DNA of 62,886 bases, counting the filler, from Octopus bimaculoides (lineage: Eukaryota), in assembly GCF_001194135.2 (NCBI RefSeq). It is 6 parts of 6 records of this genome, joined end to end, with 100 filler letters (N's around TTAATTAATTAA, not from the genome) between each part and the next. Parts side by side here need not be neighbours in the genome. Positions count along the whole stretch, not along the records: positions 61,818 to 62,886 come from NC_068982.1; 5 more parts are not named here. One strand, given 5' to 3'. The translations under genes and the position numbers were made by a program. A model generated the notes under the pieces. It was given only the letters and a program-made list of their open reading frames with translations, ran no database searches and was not told the DNA's origin. Shown in pieces: positions 62,121 to 62,886 of the stretch. Each line of letters begins with the position of its first letter. The stretch's first letter is position 1.

Positions 62121-62361
62121 AAAGACACACACACAAACACACACACACATTATGATCGAAAAATAAGGAAAACACCAAAACGAGGTGAATGAACATAAAC
62201 AGGATGTATTAGGTTGGTGCTCAGGTAAAATGGAAGAAGTCTTTAATGTTTCGAGCCTACGCTCTTTTAAAGAAGGGATAGACGAGGAGAGATAGTATGG
62301 AGAGAATAAGAAACGTGTCTGAGTTAAACGCTCAAAGCATGCTCAAAAATATGTATATATA

Positions 62362-62431
62362 GGCGCAGGCGTGAATGTGTGGTAAGAAACATGCTTCCCA
62401 ACAACATGGTTCGTCTTCATTATCTCTTAAC

Positions 62432-62489
<58 letters not shown>

Positions 62490-62721
62490 TCAAATTTTTG
62501 CCACAAGGGCAGCTTGGGGGCGGTGAGGATGAGTCGACTGTGTATGGATTTGGTAGAGTGAAACTGAAAGAAGCCTGTCGTATGTATGTATGTATGTATA
62601 TATGTATGTATATATATATGTAGTAGAAGTCACTTGCCCAAGGTGCCACGCAGTGGGACTGTACCCAGAACCATGTGGTTGAGAAGCAAGCTTTTTAACA
62701 CACAGCCACGCCTGCGCCTGT
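62362..62721. mobile_element. Cluster of SINE family B fragments in both orientations around (TAT)n and (TATG)n arrays
   Basis: Plus-strand head at about 62362-62413, plus-strand core at about 62540-62580, minus-strand head and core at about 62621-62721. Confidence 0.8.
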
Positions 62722-62806
62722 ATACATGCATACATACATACATACATACATACATACATACATACATACATACATGCATGCATGCATGCATACATACATG
62801 CATGCA

Positions 62807-62840
<34 letters not shown>

Positions 62841-62855
62841 CATGTGTGTGTGTTG

Positions 62856-62886
62856 GCACTCCGTCGCTTACGACGTCGAGGGTTCC
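62856..62886 (-). mobile_element. SINE family A 3' end (runs off the window)
   Basis: GGCACTCCGTCGCTTACGACGTCGAGGGTTCC matches the tail at 6755-6790. Confidence 0.75.

Overview
AT-rich, gap-riddled eukaryotic (animal) genomic DNA made almost entirely of decayed transposable elements and microsatellites. The SINE and RTE families resemble those I associate with octopus genomes, so an Octopus assembly is likely (inference, not checked by search). No intact host protein-coding gene, tRNA gene, rRNA gene or CRISPR array is supported; most ORFs in the supplied track are microsatellite or N-gap artefacts, or pseudogenic TE fragments. Content: (i) about 10 Penelope-like element (PLE) fragments from at least two lineages; (ii) RTE-clade LINEs, including one near-full-length copy at 16580-20010; (iii) fragments of CR1/L2-like, L1/Tx1-like and REL-endonuclease (Dong/R4-like) LINEs; (iv) two gypsy-type LTR remnants, one with a tRNA-Ser primer-binding site; (v) DNA transposons (three Tc1/mariner copies, a Chapaev3-like element with TIRs, an Academ-like remnant, a hAT MITE, a Helitron-like element); (vi) three abundant tRNA-derived SINE families. 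The most interesting signals are several hammerhead ribozyme motifs, one structurally intact (25186-25239, minus strand, palindromic helix III) and several lying just downstream of PLE endonuclease ORFs; a C4-H-C3 (PHD-type) zinc finger inside the RTE polyprotein downstream of the RT core; and several large inverted-repeat/foldback structures. These mostly extend known biology (PLE-associated hammerheads are published) rather than proving a wholly new system.
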